Source: Acutalibacteraceae bacterium (GTDB taxonomy: Bacteria > Bacillota > Clostridia > Oscillospirales > Acutalibacteraceae). Taken from it: a stretch of 64,000 nucleotides of DNA. The notes under the pieces were generated by a model that was not told where the DNA came from, searched no databases, and saw only the letters and a program-made list of their open reading frames with translations. Every line of letters starts with the position of its first letter. Position 1 is the stretch's first letter. Where the stretch lies: positions 1,425 to 65,424 of the forward strand of contig JAZSJT010000087.1 of assembly GCA_045534425.1 (NCBI GenBank), given 5' to 3'. Positions 7,364-17,115 of the stretch are shown in pieces. The translations under genes and the position numbers were made by a program.

Positions 7364-10300
7364 TTATTTTATGCCGGGAGTCTTGAGAATGCCTGTTGTA
7401 CGAAGAACATATTCATAGCTCCAGTTAATGCCTTCGCTTCGCCATGCTCCGGGACCGTGCCAGGATTCCTTGACATTTACGAGGTGAATGGGGCCGAAGG
7501 AATTATATCTGTGAAGATAAATCTTTACATCCACATCGTGTTTACCCTTGCCCACACCCTTGACTTCAAGTGTGTAAGGAGGATAAATGATATCGCCTGC
7601 TTCTTTTGAGTCAACCGAAACGCTTATGAGAGCACCCATATAGTCACTTGCGGTAACTGTCAGGTCGTCGGTCTCGGTAACGGCACTCATCTTATAGGTA
7701 ACGGCACCGCTAAAGAAGGGAAGTCCCTGTGGAAGAAGTGAGCCGAAGGCAAGCTTTTCGGGAAGTGCGGTAACCGTAGCGGTGCTTCCTGCAAGATTTA
7801 CACCGAATTTACCCAAAACAAATACGTTTTCAATGTTTGCGGTTTCGCCGAAGGGAAGTGTGATTTCAAGAATATTTTCGCCCTTTATGATATCTCCGAT
7901 CGATTTTTTTCCTATTGAAATATCCACATAGTAGCCTTCAAGTGCTTTTGCTTTTTTACCGTTGAAGATAACCTCTGCAACATCAGCATCTTCAAGTGCC
8001 AGAACAGCATTCTTATATTCAATTTCACTGTTGAAGGTGAATTTCAGTGTAACCTTATGGTCTTTGGGTAAGCTGCCGAGAACCCAGGGCTGAACTACTT
8101 GTCCGCCGCGTTCTCTCATACCGAGTCTTTCTCTCACAAGGTTGTCAAGACGGAGAATTTCTTCTTTTGGCGAAAATTCTTCGTCGTTATCCAGCTTCCA
8201 CTGTGCCATATCAAGAACAAGAATATTGTCTTCGGAAAGCTCATAATCATAAAGACCGCCGAATGCTTCTTGTGCTTTTGTCACTTCATATTGAGGTTCT
8301 TTACACTGAGTTTTGCCTTCGGTAAGTTTTAAAAGAACGGAATCGTAACCGAAGAGAATGTACTTGATAATGGTTTTTCCTTCTCTGTATTCGGCTTTTA
8401 TGGGAAGAATTTCACCGTTTGCGGTATCATATATTTCGGGGATATATTCACCGTTAATTATAATCCGAATATAGTGCCCCTGGTCTATATGCTTATTATC
8501 GGGTTCTTTAGAGTTACAGATGAAAAGCCAACGGCAGTCGTTATCCTCACGAAGCTGATATATAAATCTGTCTGTAAGTCTTCCGTCTTTATATCTTATT
8601 GTAACGCTTCTTGAATCTTCAAGAGCAGTGAGAAGAGATGCTCTTGAGAAGTCAATGCTTTCGCATTTGTCAAAAAGCTCTTTACCTTTAGAGGAGGGAA
8701 GTGCATCAACGAGAGTGGGAGCATCGCCCATAAAAATGAGCTTTCCGCCGGCATTTTTGAATGCTTCAAGTCTTTCAACTGTTGTGCTTCTGAGAGTTTC
8801 ACAGCCGGGAACTATTACTGCATCATATTCCATTTTGCCTACTTTAAGAGGAGAGCCGCCCTTTTCACAAAGAGATGGGAACAGAGATTCTGAAATGAAG
8901 TTGAAGTCAATGCTTCCCTCAAGAAGCCAGTCTGTTACATTATGGAAACGTTCTTCAAGGCTTTCTCTGAAAATTGCGGATTTATCATTTGGTCCCCAGT
9001 GAAGCCAGAAGCTTTCAACGGGATGAACAACTGCCACCTTGATAATGGGCTTGCCTCTTGTGAGAGCGGTGTTCACTCTTGCGAAGTGGTCTTCAATGAC
9101 ATTATATTTCTTGTACCAAGGGGACTGATAGTGAATTGAAGCGGGATAGTCTCTCTTTGCTTCACCCTTCATGGCGTACCATGAAAGGTGGGGTACACGG
9201 ATTGTGACACCGAGACACGCCTGCCAGTCACCCTGATGCTTGTAGGTTCTGAAATCACAGTCCCAGCCCGTAACGCCGTAAAGCTCCGAAAGCATACCTT
9301 CATAGCCGTATTGATGAACTGCTGACTGAGCCTGCTTTGCAGTTGTAAATTCATGGGAATTGCAAAGCATATCAATGCCGGGAAGCTGGAAATTTCTGTA
9401 TGAACGCATAGCTTCACCGAGAGCGGCGGTCTGTGACTCAAGACGGGGTTCCTCCATCATATGGCCTGTGAGTGCTATGCCGTTTGCTTTACACCATTCA
9501 CCGACCGTGTCAGCAAATGCGGATGCAAATAATTCAGCAATAAAATCGTGATAGCGGTAACGGTGAAGGCTGGGAGCGGAATTTTTAAGATCCCAGAAAA
9601 CCTCGGGAAGAGTATCAAAAATATCGGCACCGTAGGTTGCTTTATAAAGCTCGGGAACCTTATCGGTCCAGGGCATTGTAATATCCATTTCGTCAAAGGA
9701 GTTGTTGAGAACTCTCTTTCTTGTGAACTGGGGTTCATCGGTGAAAATGGCGGGAACTGTTTTGTCAAATTCATCTCCCATTTTTGCCTTGTATTTTTCG
9801 TGGGTGACTTCGATGAATTTTTTTATTGCTTCGTGACTTAAAGTGTCGGCATAGGCCTGATCGTTATACCAGCTTGAGGAAGCGTGGATTTCAAGGAAAG
9901 CATACCATTTTTTGCCTGTTGCTTCTTCGTCTTCACCTATTTTTTTATAGCCTTCAAGATAGCCGTCTTTGTCGAGAACTATATCGTAACACGCGAGAAG
10001 CTTGCCGTTGCCTGTCCGTCCGCCTTCGGCACGGGAGTCATTTATTGTAAATACTTCAGCTTTTTTGAAGGGGGTAAAAAGAAGACATCTGCCTCTGTAT
10101 TTTTCGTCTTTCGTAACAAGTCCGCCTGCGGCACCGGAGGGCCAACGGTCTTCGTCATAAAGCCACGCCAGCATTTCTTCATTTTTCGCTTTGTCAACGC
10201 AGTCTTTCATAAGCGACATATATTCTTCACTGAGGTATTCATTTTCGAGACCTGTTCTTACGTGAAGATGAAATCCGCCGAGTCCCATTTCCTTGAATAC

Positions 10301-10435
10301 ATCAATTTGCCTGCACAGTTCTTCGGTGGTAAGATGTGAATTGAGTGCCCAGAACGGAGTTCCGCGATATTCGGATGTCGGGTTCTTAAAAAGGGCTTCA
10401 TTCAAAGATTTTTCACTGTTTTTTTTGTAAAGCAT
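7364..10435 (-). CDS. large cytoplasmic glycoside-hydrolase-like protein, family unresolved
   Basis: About 1023 aa with no signal peptide. N-terminal TIM-barrel-like region (YRGTPFWALN..., GGFHLHVRTG), then beta-sandwich-like regions. Start ATG 10435, behind GGAGGTG. Confidence 0.5.
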   Translation of the reverse strand: MLYKKNSEKSLNEALFKNPTSEYRGTPFWALNSHLTTEELCRQIDVFKEMGLGGFHLHVRTGLENEYLSEEYMSLMKDCVDKAKNEEMLAWLYDEDRWPSGAAGGLVTKDEKYRGRCLLFTPFKKAEVFTINDSRAEGGRTGNGKLLACYDIVLDKDGYLEGYKKIGEDEEATGKKWYAFLEIHASSSWYNDQAYADTLSHEAIKKFIEVTHEKYKAKMGDEFDKTVPAIFTDEPQFTRKRVLNNSFDEMDITMPWTDKVPELYKATYGADIFDTLPEVFWDLKNSAPSLHRYRYHDFIAELFASAFADTVGEWCKANGIALTGHMMEEPRLESQTAALGEAMRSYRNFQLPGIDMLCNSHEFTTAKQAQSAVHQYGYEGMLSELYGVTGWDCDFRTYKHQGDWQACLGVTIRVPHLSWYAMKGEAKRDYPASIHYQSPWYKKYNVIEDHFARVNTALTRGKPIIKVAVVHPVESFWLHWGPNDKSAIFRESLEERFHNVTDWLLEGSIDFNFISESLFPSLCEKGGSPLKVGKMEYDAVIVPGCETLRSTTVERLEAFKNAGGKLIFMGDAPTLVDALPSSKGKELFDKCESIDFSRASLLTALEDSRSVTIRYKDGRLTDRFIYQLREDNDCRWLFICNSKEPDNKHIDQGHYIRIIINGEYIPEIYDTANGEILPIKAEYREGKTIIKYILFGYDSVLLKLTEGKTQCKEPQYEVTKAQEAFGGLYDYELSEDNILVLDMAQWKLDNDEEFSPKEEILRLDNLVRERLGMRERGGQVVQPWVLGSLPKDHKVTLKFTFNSEIEYKNAVLALEDADVAEVIFNGKKAKALEGYYVDISIGKKSIGDIIKGENILEITLPFGETANIENVFVLGKFGVNLAGSTATVTALPEKLAFGSLLPQGLPFFSGAVTYKMSAVTETDDLTVTASDYMGALISVSVDSKEAGDIIYPPYTLEVKGVGKGKHDVDVKIYLHRYNSFGPIHLVNVKESWHGPGAWRSEGINWSYEYVLRTTGILKTPGIK

Positions 10436-10612
10436 AGGTACACCTCCTATATTTTTCAATTTATTCTAACATAATAATTTAATTAAAACAATAAACTTGA
10501 AAGAATCAGTATTTACAAATTAACATACTCAAAATTATATATATTGCCAAAACAGTTATAATTCCGGGACAAAAGCAATAGATTGTAAAGATAGTGCTGA
10601 AAGGAGTTAAAT

Positions 10613-11383
10613 ATGAAATTCTTGCTGTTTTCAAAAAAAGATATGTCTTTATTTATTATTATGCTTGTATGGATATTTTCAATAATTTTTGTGGTTTCTT
10701 ATTCTCTGCACACAACCGTTTCTGCGGAAAACAGTCTTTTACCCATATACAGTGTCGATACACCCGAAAAAGAAATATCGCTGACATTCAACTGTGCATG
10801 GGATGACAGCGGTACAGATGAATTGCTGTCCCTTCTTCAGCAGGAGGATATTAAGTCAACATTTTTCTTCGTGGGGGATTTTGCGGAAAAATATCCTGAA
10901 ACCGTGAGGAAAATACATAATAAAGGACATGAAATCGGCAATCATTCAATGAAGCACAAGGATCCCGTGACACAGGAATTTCCGGACATTGTGAGCGATA
11001 TAACCCGGTGTAATGAACTGCTTTCAGATATTACGGGGGTAAATCCTGTGTTTTACCGTGCACCGTCGGGTTCTTATGACAACAAAACAATTGAAGCTGC
11101 CGAAAGTCTCGGGATGACAGTAATTCAATGGGATGTTGACAGTATAGACTGGAAAAATCCGACACCTGAAAAAATAATAAGCCGAGTCACAAAAAAAGTG
11201 ACAAACGGCTCAATAGTTTTATTTCATCTGGGAAAAGATAACACCTTGGAAGCACTTTCGGAAATAATTGATTTTCTGAAAAAAGACGGGTATATATTCA
11301 AAAAAACAGGAGATATGCTCTTAAAGAGAGAGAGCTATATTGATAATTCGGGAAGACAGCGTCTTATAAATAAAGGCAGTTGA
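10613..11383 (+). CDS. polysaccharide deacetylase (CE4, PdaA/PdaB-like)
   Basis: N-terminal TM and NodB motifs (TFNCAWDD, GHEIGNHSMKH, YRAPSG, LFHL). Confidence 0.8.
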   Translation: MKFLLFSKKDMSLFIIMLVWIFSIIFVVSYSLHTTVSAENSLLPIYSVDTPEKEISLTFNCAWDDSGTDELLSLLQQEDIKSTFFFVGDFAEKYPETVRKIHNKGHEIGNHSMKHKDPVTQEFPDIVSDITRCNELLSDITGVNPVFYRAPSGSYDNKTIEAAESLGMTVIQWDVDSIDWKNPTPEKIISRVTKKVTNGSIVLFHLGKDNTLEALSEIIDFLKKDGYIFKKTGDMLLKRESYIDNSGRQRLINKGS

Positions 11384-11438
11384 GAGATGTCTTTATAAAT
11401 AATTGCGAAATGTGAAAGATGCTTTTATGTGTTAATTA

Positions 11439-11474
11439 AAACAAGCCTTTTCTGTTTTTTGAAAAGGCTTGTTT
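11439..11474. terminator. bidirectional intrinsic terminator
   Basis: Hairpin aaacaagcctttt...aaaaggcttgttt between convergent genes. Confidence 0.7.
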
Positions 11475-11478
11475 GGAT

Positions 11479-12528
11479 TTATTCTTCTGTTTGCTTTGCG
11501 GGAATTTCTATTTTGCCGTAAAGAGAACCTGCAGAATCTTTTCTGGGAGCTCTTGTGGTTTCGGGCTGATATGCTTCTTTCTTATGGAAGCCGCCTTTGC
11601 CGCCTCTGCGGTTGTCGTGTCTGCCGCCTTTATTGTAACCGCCCTTTGAAGGATGTGTGGGCTGAACGCCTTCTTCAAGGGAGATTATAACTCTTCTGCC
11701 TGCATCCTGACCGATGGAATGAGAGGTTACACCTTCAATTTCCTGAATTGCAGTGTGAACAATTCTTCTTTCATAAGGATTCATAGGCTCAAGCACTACA
11801 TTTCTGCCGTATTTAAGTACCTGCTTTGCATTTCTGTGAGCAAGGGCGCGGAGATTATCGTTTCTCTTTTCTCTGTAATTTCCGATGTTTACGGATACCT
11901 TGCGGTGTTTATCTTCATCTATTCCCTTGTTGAGTGAAAGGCGAAGAAGATACTGAATGGAATCAAGAGTTTCTCCTCTTCTTCCTATAAGTGCACCGTC
12001 ATCTTCACATTCAATAGTGTAGATATATTCGTTGGTTTCTGTGTTTTTTGCAAGGGAAAGAGAATAAGCTTTTATTCCGATTCCGTCAATAATCATTTTG
12101 AGATACTTTGCAGCACCGTCATTTTCAACAATTTCTTCTGCAAGCATTGTTTCCTTTGCAGGTGCAGCTTCTTTAACTTCAACAGGTGTTTCCTTTGTTT
12201 CTGTTTTCTTTTCAGTTTCCTTTTCGGGAGCTTTTTCAACTGCGGGAGCTTTTGCTGTTGCGGTCTTGGGAGCAGGTTTTGTGTCCTGTGCCTTTTTTTC
12301 TTTTGCGGGGGCACTTTTTGGTGCGGGTGCTGCTTTTACGGGCTTGTCTGCGATTTCATACCAGACTTTAACCTTTGCGGGTTCAATTTTAAGGCCGAAA
12401 AGCTTCTTTTTTGCATCCTGAAGAATTTCCTGATGGATTTCAGCTTCTTCGGGAGCAGCCAATAAGGCTTTTCCGTTTTCATATGCTTCGGCAATACTGT
12501 TGCCGATGCCTATCTGTTCTATTATCAT
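11479..12528 (-). CDS. jag: Jag/KhpB RNA-binding protein (Jag_N, KH, R3H) with an expanded linker and a basic tail
   Basis: KH (LIGRRGETLDSIQYLL) and R3H (EPMNPYERRIVHTAI) motifs. Located downstream of yidC. 349 aa. Confidence 0.8.
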   Translation of the reverse strand: MIIEQIGIGNSIAEAYENGKALLAAPEEAEIHQEILQDAKKKLFGLKIEPAKVKVWYEIADKPVKAAPAPKSAPAKEKKAQDTKPAPKTATAKAPAVEKAPEKETEKKTETKETPVEVKEAAPAKETMLAEEIVENDGAAKYLKMIIDGIGIKAYSLSLAKNTETNEYIYTIECEDDGALIGRRGETLDSIQYLLRLSLNKGIDEDKHRKVSVNIGNYREKRNDNLRALAHRNAKQVLKYGRNVVLEPMNPYERRIVHTAIQEIEGVTSHSIGQDAGRRVIISLEEGVQPTHPSKGGYNKGGRHDNRRGGKGGFHKKEAYQPETTRAPRKDSAGSLYGKIEIPAKQTEE

Positions 12529-12582
12529 TGATAACGAAATCCTTTCTAAATATTAACCGTGAAATACGGTGTTGTTTTCAGA

Positions 12583-13593
12583 TTATTCGTTTTTGTCGTC
12601 ATTTTTCTTCATAAGTGCCGCTTTTGTCTTGATGTTCTGTTCTTTTGAACGGCGTTTAACTGTTTCATCAATCATTTGTTCTGCTATAATCGCATCCGGC
12701 TTCAAAGCTATATGAAGTCCTACTGTTTGAATAAAGGAGAGAATATTGGAAATAATCCAATAGAAACCGACGCCGGCAGGCATCTGATAGGAGAACCATA
12801 AGGACATAGCGGGTGACATAAATGTCATACATCCCATTGCGGGATTCTTTGCCATTTCGGGATTGGACTTTTTTTGCTTGAGATACATAAATAAGCTTGA
12901 GAGTAAAGCGGTAAGTCCTGCGAAAATGGGAATAAGTATAAGGATTACACCGATTTCTTTCCATCTTGACGGAGCATCGGTAAGGTCAATTCCGAAAATT
13001 TTGAAATTCTCGATAAAGCTTTCAAGTTTAAGGACAAGCTCTTCTGTAAAAATCGTGGGATCAAGTGTGTTTTTGAATTCTGAAAATTTGTTAAGAGCGT
13101 TTAATTCAAAATAATAATCACTTTTAAGTGTGTTTGATAACTGTTCTTCGGGAAGAGTAGCAATAAAAGCATTGAAAGCTCTCTTTAATTCGGCAATTGC
13201 ACTGTCGCCGATTCGAAGAACGAGAGAAATGGGAGAATAGATAGCACCGTAAAGTCCTATCATAACAGCAAATTGAATAAGCATCGGAAGACAACCCATA
13301 TTATTCATACTGAAGCCTTCCCGTCTGTAAAGCTCCTGAGTTTCTTCTGATATTTTCATCTGTGCTTCTCTTGGATTGAGAGTTGAATATTTTGCTCTTA
13401 TTTTATTTACCTTTGCCTGAAGTCTCATCTGCTTTGATGAGTTCTTCTGCTGCTTGACTGCCTGAGGCAGAAGAGCAAGTCTTATAACAAGTGTAATTAT
13501 TATAAGGGACAAAAGATAGTTGTTTGTGAATTCAAAAAGAACATGAAGTGCATATCCGAAAGGAATGGCTAAGAAATCTCTTAAAATGTTCAT
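12583..13593 (-). CDS. yidC: YidC/SpoIIIJ membrane protein insertase
   Basis: 336 aa multi-pass protein. Conserved position between yidD/rnpA and jag. GGAGG RBS. Confidence 0.85.
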   Translation of the reverse strand: MNILRDFLAIPFGYALHVLFEFTNNYLLSLIIITLVIRLALLPQAVKQQKNSSKQMRLQAKVNKIRAKYSTLNPREAQMKISEETQELYRREGFSMNNMGCLPMLIQFAVMIGLYGAIYSPISLVLRIGDSAIAELKRAFNAFIATLPEEQLSNTLKSDYYFELNALNKFSEFKNTLDPTIFTEELVLKLESFIENFKIFGIDLTDAPSRWKEIGVILILIPIFAGLTALLSSLFMYLKQKKSNPEMAKNPAMGCMTFMSPAMSLWFSYQMPAGVGFYWIISNILSFIQTVGLHIALKPDAIIAEQMIDETVKRRSKEQNIKTKAALMKKNDDKNE

Positions 13594-13607
13594 CGAAGAC
13601 CTCCGGG

Positions 13608-13847
13608 TTATTTCCTGTTTCTCTTAATCTTAAAATCCGGAACAGGGTCAACCCCACCCGGAAATAGCGGGTTGCATCTTAATATACGCAGTGTTCCTAA
13701 AACACTTCCTACAATGAAGCCGTAACGGTCAATGGCCTCAAATGTATAGTGGGAGCATGTCGGATAGTATCTGCACTTAGGGCCTGAAAGCGGGGAGATG
13801 TATTTCTGGTAGAAGCTTATAACCTTAAGTGCTGCTTTCTTCAGCAT
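13608..13847 (-). CDS. yidD: membrane protein insertion efficiency factor YidD
   Basis: Signature YQKYISPL...CRYYPTCSHY. Overlaps the 3' end of rnpA. Confidence 0.85.
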   Translation of the reverse strand: MLKKAALKVISFYQKYISPLSGPKCRYYPTCSHYTFEAIDRYGFIVGSVLGTLRILRCNPLFPGGVDPVPDFKIKRNRK

Positions 13848-14178
13848 TTTTTATAACACCTGCCGAAATCAAATGTTTGTGCATTACTGCACTGATGTCC
13901 GTACTTTTTTTGAAGACCGTTTTTGTTCTGGCGACAAAGACAATATCAAAACTGCCATGCACATCGGGAAGAGATAGAAAAGCTTCTCTGATTACTCGTC
14001 TTGCACGGTTTCTCTGAACTGCATTGCCGATTTTTTTGCTGGTTGTTATTCCAACGCGACAAATTCCCGCGCGGTTTTTTATTACATAAGTCACCAACGC
14101 AGGATTTGTGTATGCTTTTCCGCGGCCATAGGCTCTTCGGAAATCAGTGTTGGAATTAAGTGTATTGAATCGGGACAA
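13825..14178 (-). CDS. rnpA: RNase P protein component
   Basis: 117 aa basic protein (KKIGNAVQRNRARR). Immediately downstream of rpmH. Confidence 0.85.
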   Translation of the reverse strand: MSRFNTLNSNTDFRRAYGRGKAYTNPALVTYVIKNRAGICRVGITTSKKIGNAVQRNRARRVIREAFLSLPDVHGSFDIVFVARTKTVFKKSTDISAVMHKHLISAGVIKNAEESST

Positions 14179-14203
14179 TTTCCACGGATCCTTTCAGCTT
14201 TTA

Positions 14204-14338
14204 TTAGTAAGAAAGCTGCTTTCTGCCCTTTGCTCTGCGGCGGGCGAGAACTTTACGGCCGTTTCTGTCTGCCATTCTCTTTCTGAAGCCGTGCTCCATC
14301 TTACGCTGACGCTTTTTAGGCTGATATGTTCTTTTCAT
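14204..14338 (-). CDS. rpmH: 50S ribosomal protein L34
   Basis: Manual translation: [44 protein letters not shown]. Too short for the ORF track. Confidence 0.92.
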   Translation of the reverse strand: MKRTYQPKKRQRKMEHGFRKRMADRNGRKVLARRRAKGRKQLSY

Positions 14339-14441
14339 CTGATAACCCTCCATTTCTTTTTTGCTTTAACAGCCAAGTGACGGAAAAATGCTGTCTTTGC
14401 TCGAAAAAAGGTACCCTGTACCCCTGTTTCTACAATTTAAC

Positions 14442-14471
14442 ATTATATAATAGTAAAACATATTCTGTCAA
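14442..14471 (-). promoter_or_regulatory. sigma-A-type promoter for rpmH
   Basis: On the minus strand: TTGACA (14471-14466), 18-nt spacer, TATAAT (14447-14442). Confidence 0.55.
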
Positions 14472-14594
14472 CTGTTTTTTTTTGCTTGAAAAATTTTAAT
14501 TTTTTATTATATTTATTGTTTATTTAAGTTTTTTGGTGTATTATATATTTATGGACCAATTTGTATTTTTTTCTTTGATAAGAGGTGAATTTCT

Positions 14595-15812
14595 ATGACA
14601 ACAGTTGAAAAAAGAAGAAATTTTTTGATTAATATATGTTATTTTGCATTTATCGCTGTGGCGGTTTTTTGTGCTTATAAATGGTTTCTGCCTTTGATTA
14701 TTCCTTTTATTATGGCATTTGTTGTATCATCTGTCTTTAACCGTCCCATCAGTGCGATAGTCAAAAAAACTCCGTTTAAAAGGTCTTTTGTCAGTGCTGT
14801 TTTTGTTATTCTTCTTGTTGTTGCAATATCTACGGTCTTTTTTCTTATAGGTATTGAGCTTTTTGAAAGAATCAGCGATTTTTACGATTATTCGGTGGCA
14901 CGGCTTCAGAATATCGGAGCTTTGGTTAACAATCTTAAAATATGGGTTCTGGATGTCACGGCATTTCTTCCTGAGGGTATAAGGACGGTGCTGCATGAAA
15001 ATGTAACCGTATTCTTCGACGGGATAATTCAGAACGGAATCACCAATATCCCGATTGATACTTCAAAAATTGATTGGACCGAGCTTTTGTCAAAAGGCGG
15101 TCAGGTTATTACTGGAACTGTAGGAAAAATTCCGTCCTTTCTTATAGCATTTATTGTATTTCTGATTTCAACGGTATTTATTTCTTCCGATTACCAAAAA
15201 ATCAAGCTTTTTTTCATTCATCAGATATCAGAGGATATGTCGTTTAAGATTTCAACGGCATGGCATCTTGCCGTCAATTCTCTTAAAAAGATGATAAAGG
15301 CATATTGTCTTATAATATTGATAACTTCTTTTGAGCTTACCGTTGGTTTTTATGTGCTTAAATTTATCGGAATATTTGATAATCCGTATATAATCTTCAT
15401 TGCCTTTATGATTGCTTTGATTGATATAATTCCCGTGCTCGGTACCGGTACTGTGCTTCTTCCCTGGGCTGTTATCTCTTTTATAACGGGAAATATAGGC
15501 ATGGGAATAGGTCTTCTTGTTATATACGCAGTAATTTTTGTTATAAGACAGATAATTGAACCCAAGCTTGTTGCCGGACAAGTAGGGCTTCCGCCTATCG
15601 CAACAATAATTGCTATGTATGTCGGCTCAAAAACACTGGGAATTTTGGGCTTCTTTATTCTTCCCTTTATTGTAATCCTTATAAAGGTGTTCAATGAAGC
15701 AGGGCTTGTGAGAATATTTAAGGACAGCCACACACCTGAAAAGCCTTTTGATTGGAAAAAAAGTGCCGAAGAACACAAAAAGGAATTGGAGAAAAAGGAA
15801 TCGGAGGGCTGA
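14595..15812 (+). CDS. AI-2E family transporter / YtvI-like integral membrane protein
   Basis: 405 aa multi-pass protein with a PerM/AI-2E-like C-terminal half (PVLGTGTVLLPW, IIEPKL). Confidence 0.65.
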   Translation: MTTVEKRRNFLINICYFAFIAVAVFCAYKWFLPLIIPFIMAFVVSSVFNRPISAIVKKTPFKRSFVSAVFVILLVVAISTVFFLIGIELFERISDFYDYSVARLQNIGALVNNLKIWVLDVTAFLPEGIRTVLHENVTVFFDGIIQNGITNIPIDTSKIDWTELLSKGGQVITGTVGKIPSFLIAFIVFLISTVFISSDYQKIKLFFIHQISEDMSFKISTAWHLAVNSLKKMIKAYCLIILITSFELTVGFYVLKFIGIFDNPYIIFIAFMIALIDIIPVLGTGTVLLPWAVISFITGNIGMGIGLLVIYAVIFVIRQIIEPKLVAGQVGLPPIATIIAMYVGSKTLGILGFFILPFIVILIKVFNEAGLVRIFKDSHTPEKPFDWKKSAEEHKKELEKKESEG

Positions 15813-16029
15813 CAAGGCTTCTTTTTCTGCTAATTTATTTATTGATAAGAGTAAAAAAGAAAAGCTTAATATTGCGTATATATATAAGTTAAATTAAAAA
15901 CAAAAAGTTCATAGTTTTGTAAAAAATTTTACAAACCGTGTTTATAATTCCTTTTTAGAATTATAAAATATAATTATTGTGTTATATTTACATCAGTTTA
16001 GGATTTTTGTTTTTTCGGAGGCAAGTTTT

Positions 16030-16302
16030 ATGCTTAATACATTGATACAGACAATTGCAAATCTTGGCTTTGATTCAAATGCGATAACCGAAGCATTTAA
16101 CAGAGTTATTGAAACAATCCGAATGGGAGATTTGTCTTCTGTTTCGGGTATTATGGATATATTCACCGGTATCGTTTCTGCTATCACGGGTGTATCTGTT
16201 GCTGATATTTCGGCAATCATTACCTCTCTTATTGAAAGCGTTGTAAGCATTCTTTCTGACGATTCCACAAACTCCATTCTTTCTGTTATTACAGGTGCAT
16301 AA
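16030..16302 (+). CDS. hypothetical small Ser/Ile/Thr-rich protein
   Basis: 90 aa from ATG 16030, behind GGAGG (16016-16020). No motif I recognise. Confidence 0.45.
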   Translation: MLNTLIQTIANLGFDSNAITEAFNRVIETIRMGDLSSVSGIMDIFTGIVSAITGVSVADISAIITSLIESVVSILSDDSTNSILSVITGA

Positions 16303-16326
16303 ATATCTGATTTGTTTTTTGATTTT

Positions 16327-16349
16327 GCCCGATAGGTTGTCTGTCGGGC
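16327..16349 (+). terminator. possible intrinsic terminator
   Basis: Imperfect hairpin gcccgatag...ctgtcgggc followed by a T-rich stretch. Confidence 0.4.
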
Positions 16350-16451
16350 TATAATTTTTGAAAAGCATTCCGTGATAATATCCCATATATATAATGTAAT
16401 TAATTATTATATAGCGATACTTATTTTTGATGAATAAAAAAGGATTCTTTT

Positions 16452-17057
16452 ATGAAAAAGTATATATTTATTTTTCTTGTTATTGCACTGTTGTTCTTGA
16501 ACGGTTGTAAGCGTGAATATATTTATCTGACTAATACAACCTTATCGACTGCAGAAGAGAATGCAGCCTCGGAATATATTCCGGAGGAAACCTGTCAGCA
16601 GCCGATTATTGAAGTCACAACAGAAGAAAGCACAACGGCTGAAGCTGTAACAGAGGAATTGAATACAGAGCAGGTTGCTTTTGAATCGGAAAATACAGAA
16701 GTAGACCTTACAATTGAAATGCCTGAAAAAAACGGAACTATGGAGGTTGATACATCTTCGGATAATAAGTTTATCAAAGCTGTCAGCGAGGAGAGGCGGA
16801 TTGACAGCGATAAGCTTGTGGCGGTTTTTTCTGTTCCCGAATCAGGACAGAATTATGTATTTGAATTCAAGGATGGGAAGAGCAGGGAAGCTGATGCTCT
16901 GAAAAGAGTTTATCTTCTTAATAAAAGCTGTGAAATTACAGGCGTTGCCGCAACAGCTTCAAATGAAAGAGAAGGTATATCTTCTGTTGAAAACTGGTTC
17001 TGTATGAATGTATTAATAAAAGAAATAATATTTCCTGCCGTGAGCGAGCAATTCTGA
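16452..17057 (+). CDS. hypothetical lipoprotein
   Basis: Signal peptide with lipobox LFLNGC, then an acidic E/T-rich linker. Confidence 0.6.
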   Translation: MKKYIFIFLVIALLFLNGCKREYIYLTNTTLSTAEENAASEYIPEETCQQPIIEVTTEESTTAEAVTEELNTEQVAFESENTEVDLTIEMPEKNGTMEVDTSSDNKFIKAVSEERRIDSDKLVAVFSVPESGQNYVFEFKDGKSREADALKRVYLLNKSCEITGVAATASNEREGISSVENWFCMNVLIKEIIFPAVSEQF

Positions 17058-17115
17058 TATGATTTTCCCGGCACGGTGGTTAAAATAAATTTTTCTGTTT
17101 ATGAAAATTGGGAGA

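Noticed and set aside
12093-12421. Several + and - strand ORFs of 61-107 aa inside jag
   Set aside because: They are artefacts of the low-complexity K/P/A/E linker, which is open in multiple frames. The jag frame alone connects the KH and R3H motifs.
14339-14594. Possible oriC in the AT-rich spacer next to rpmH
   Set aside because: I saw no dnaA gene adjacent and no cluster of TTATCCACA-like boxes. The AT-richness is explained by the rpmH promoter (TTGACA-N18-TATAAT) and the upstream region of the next gene.
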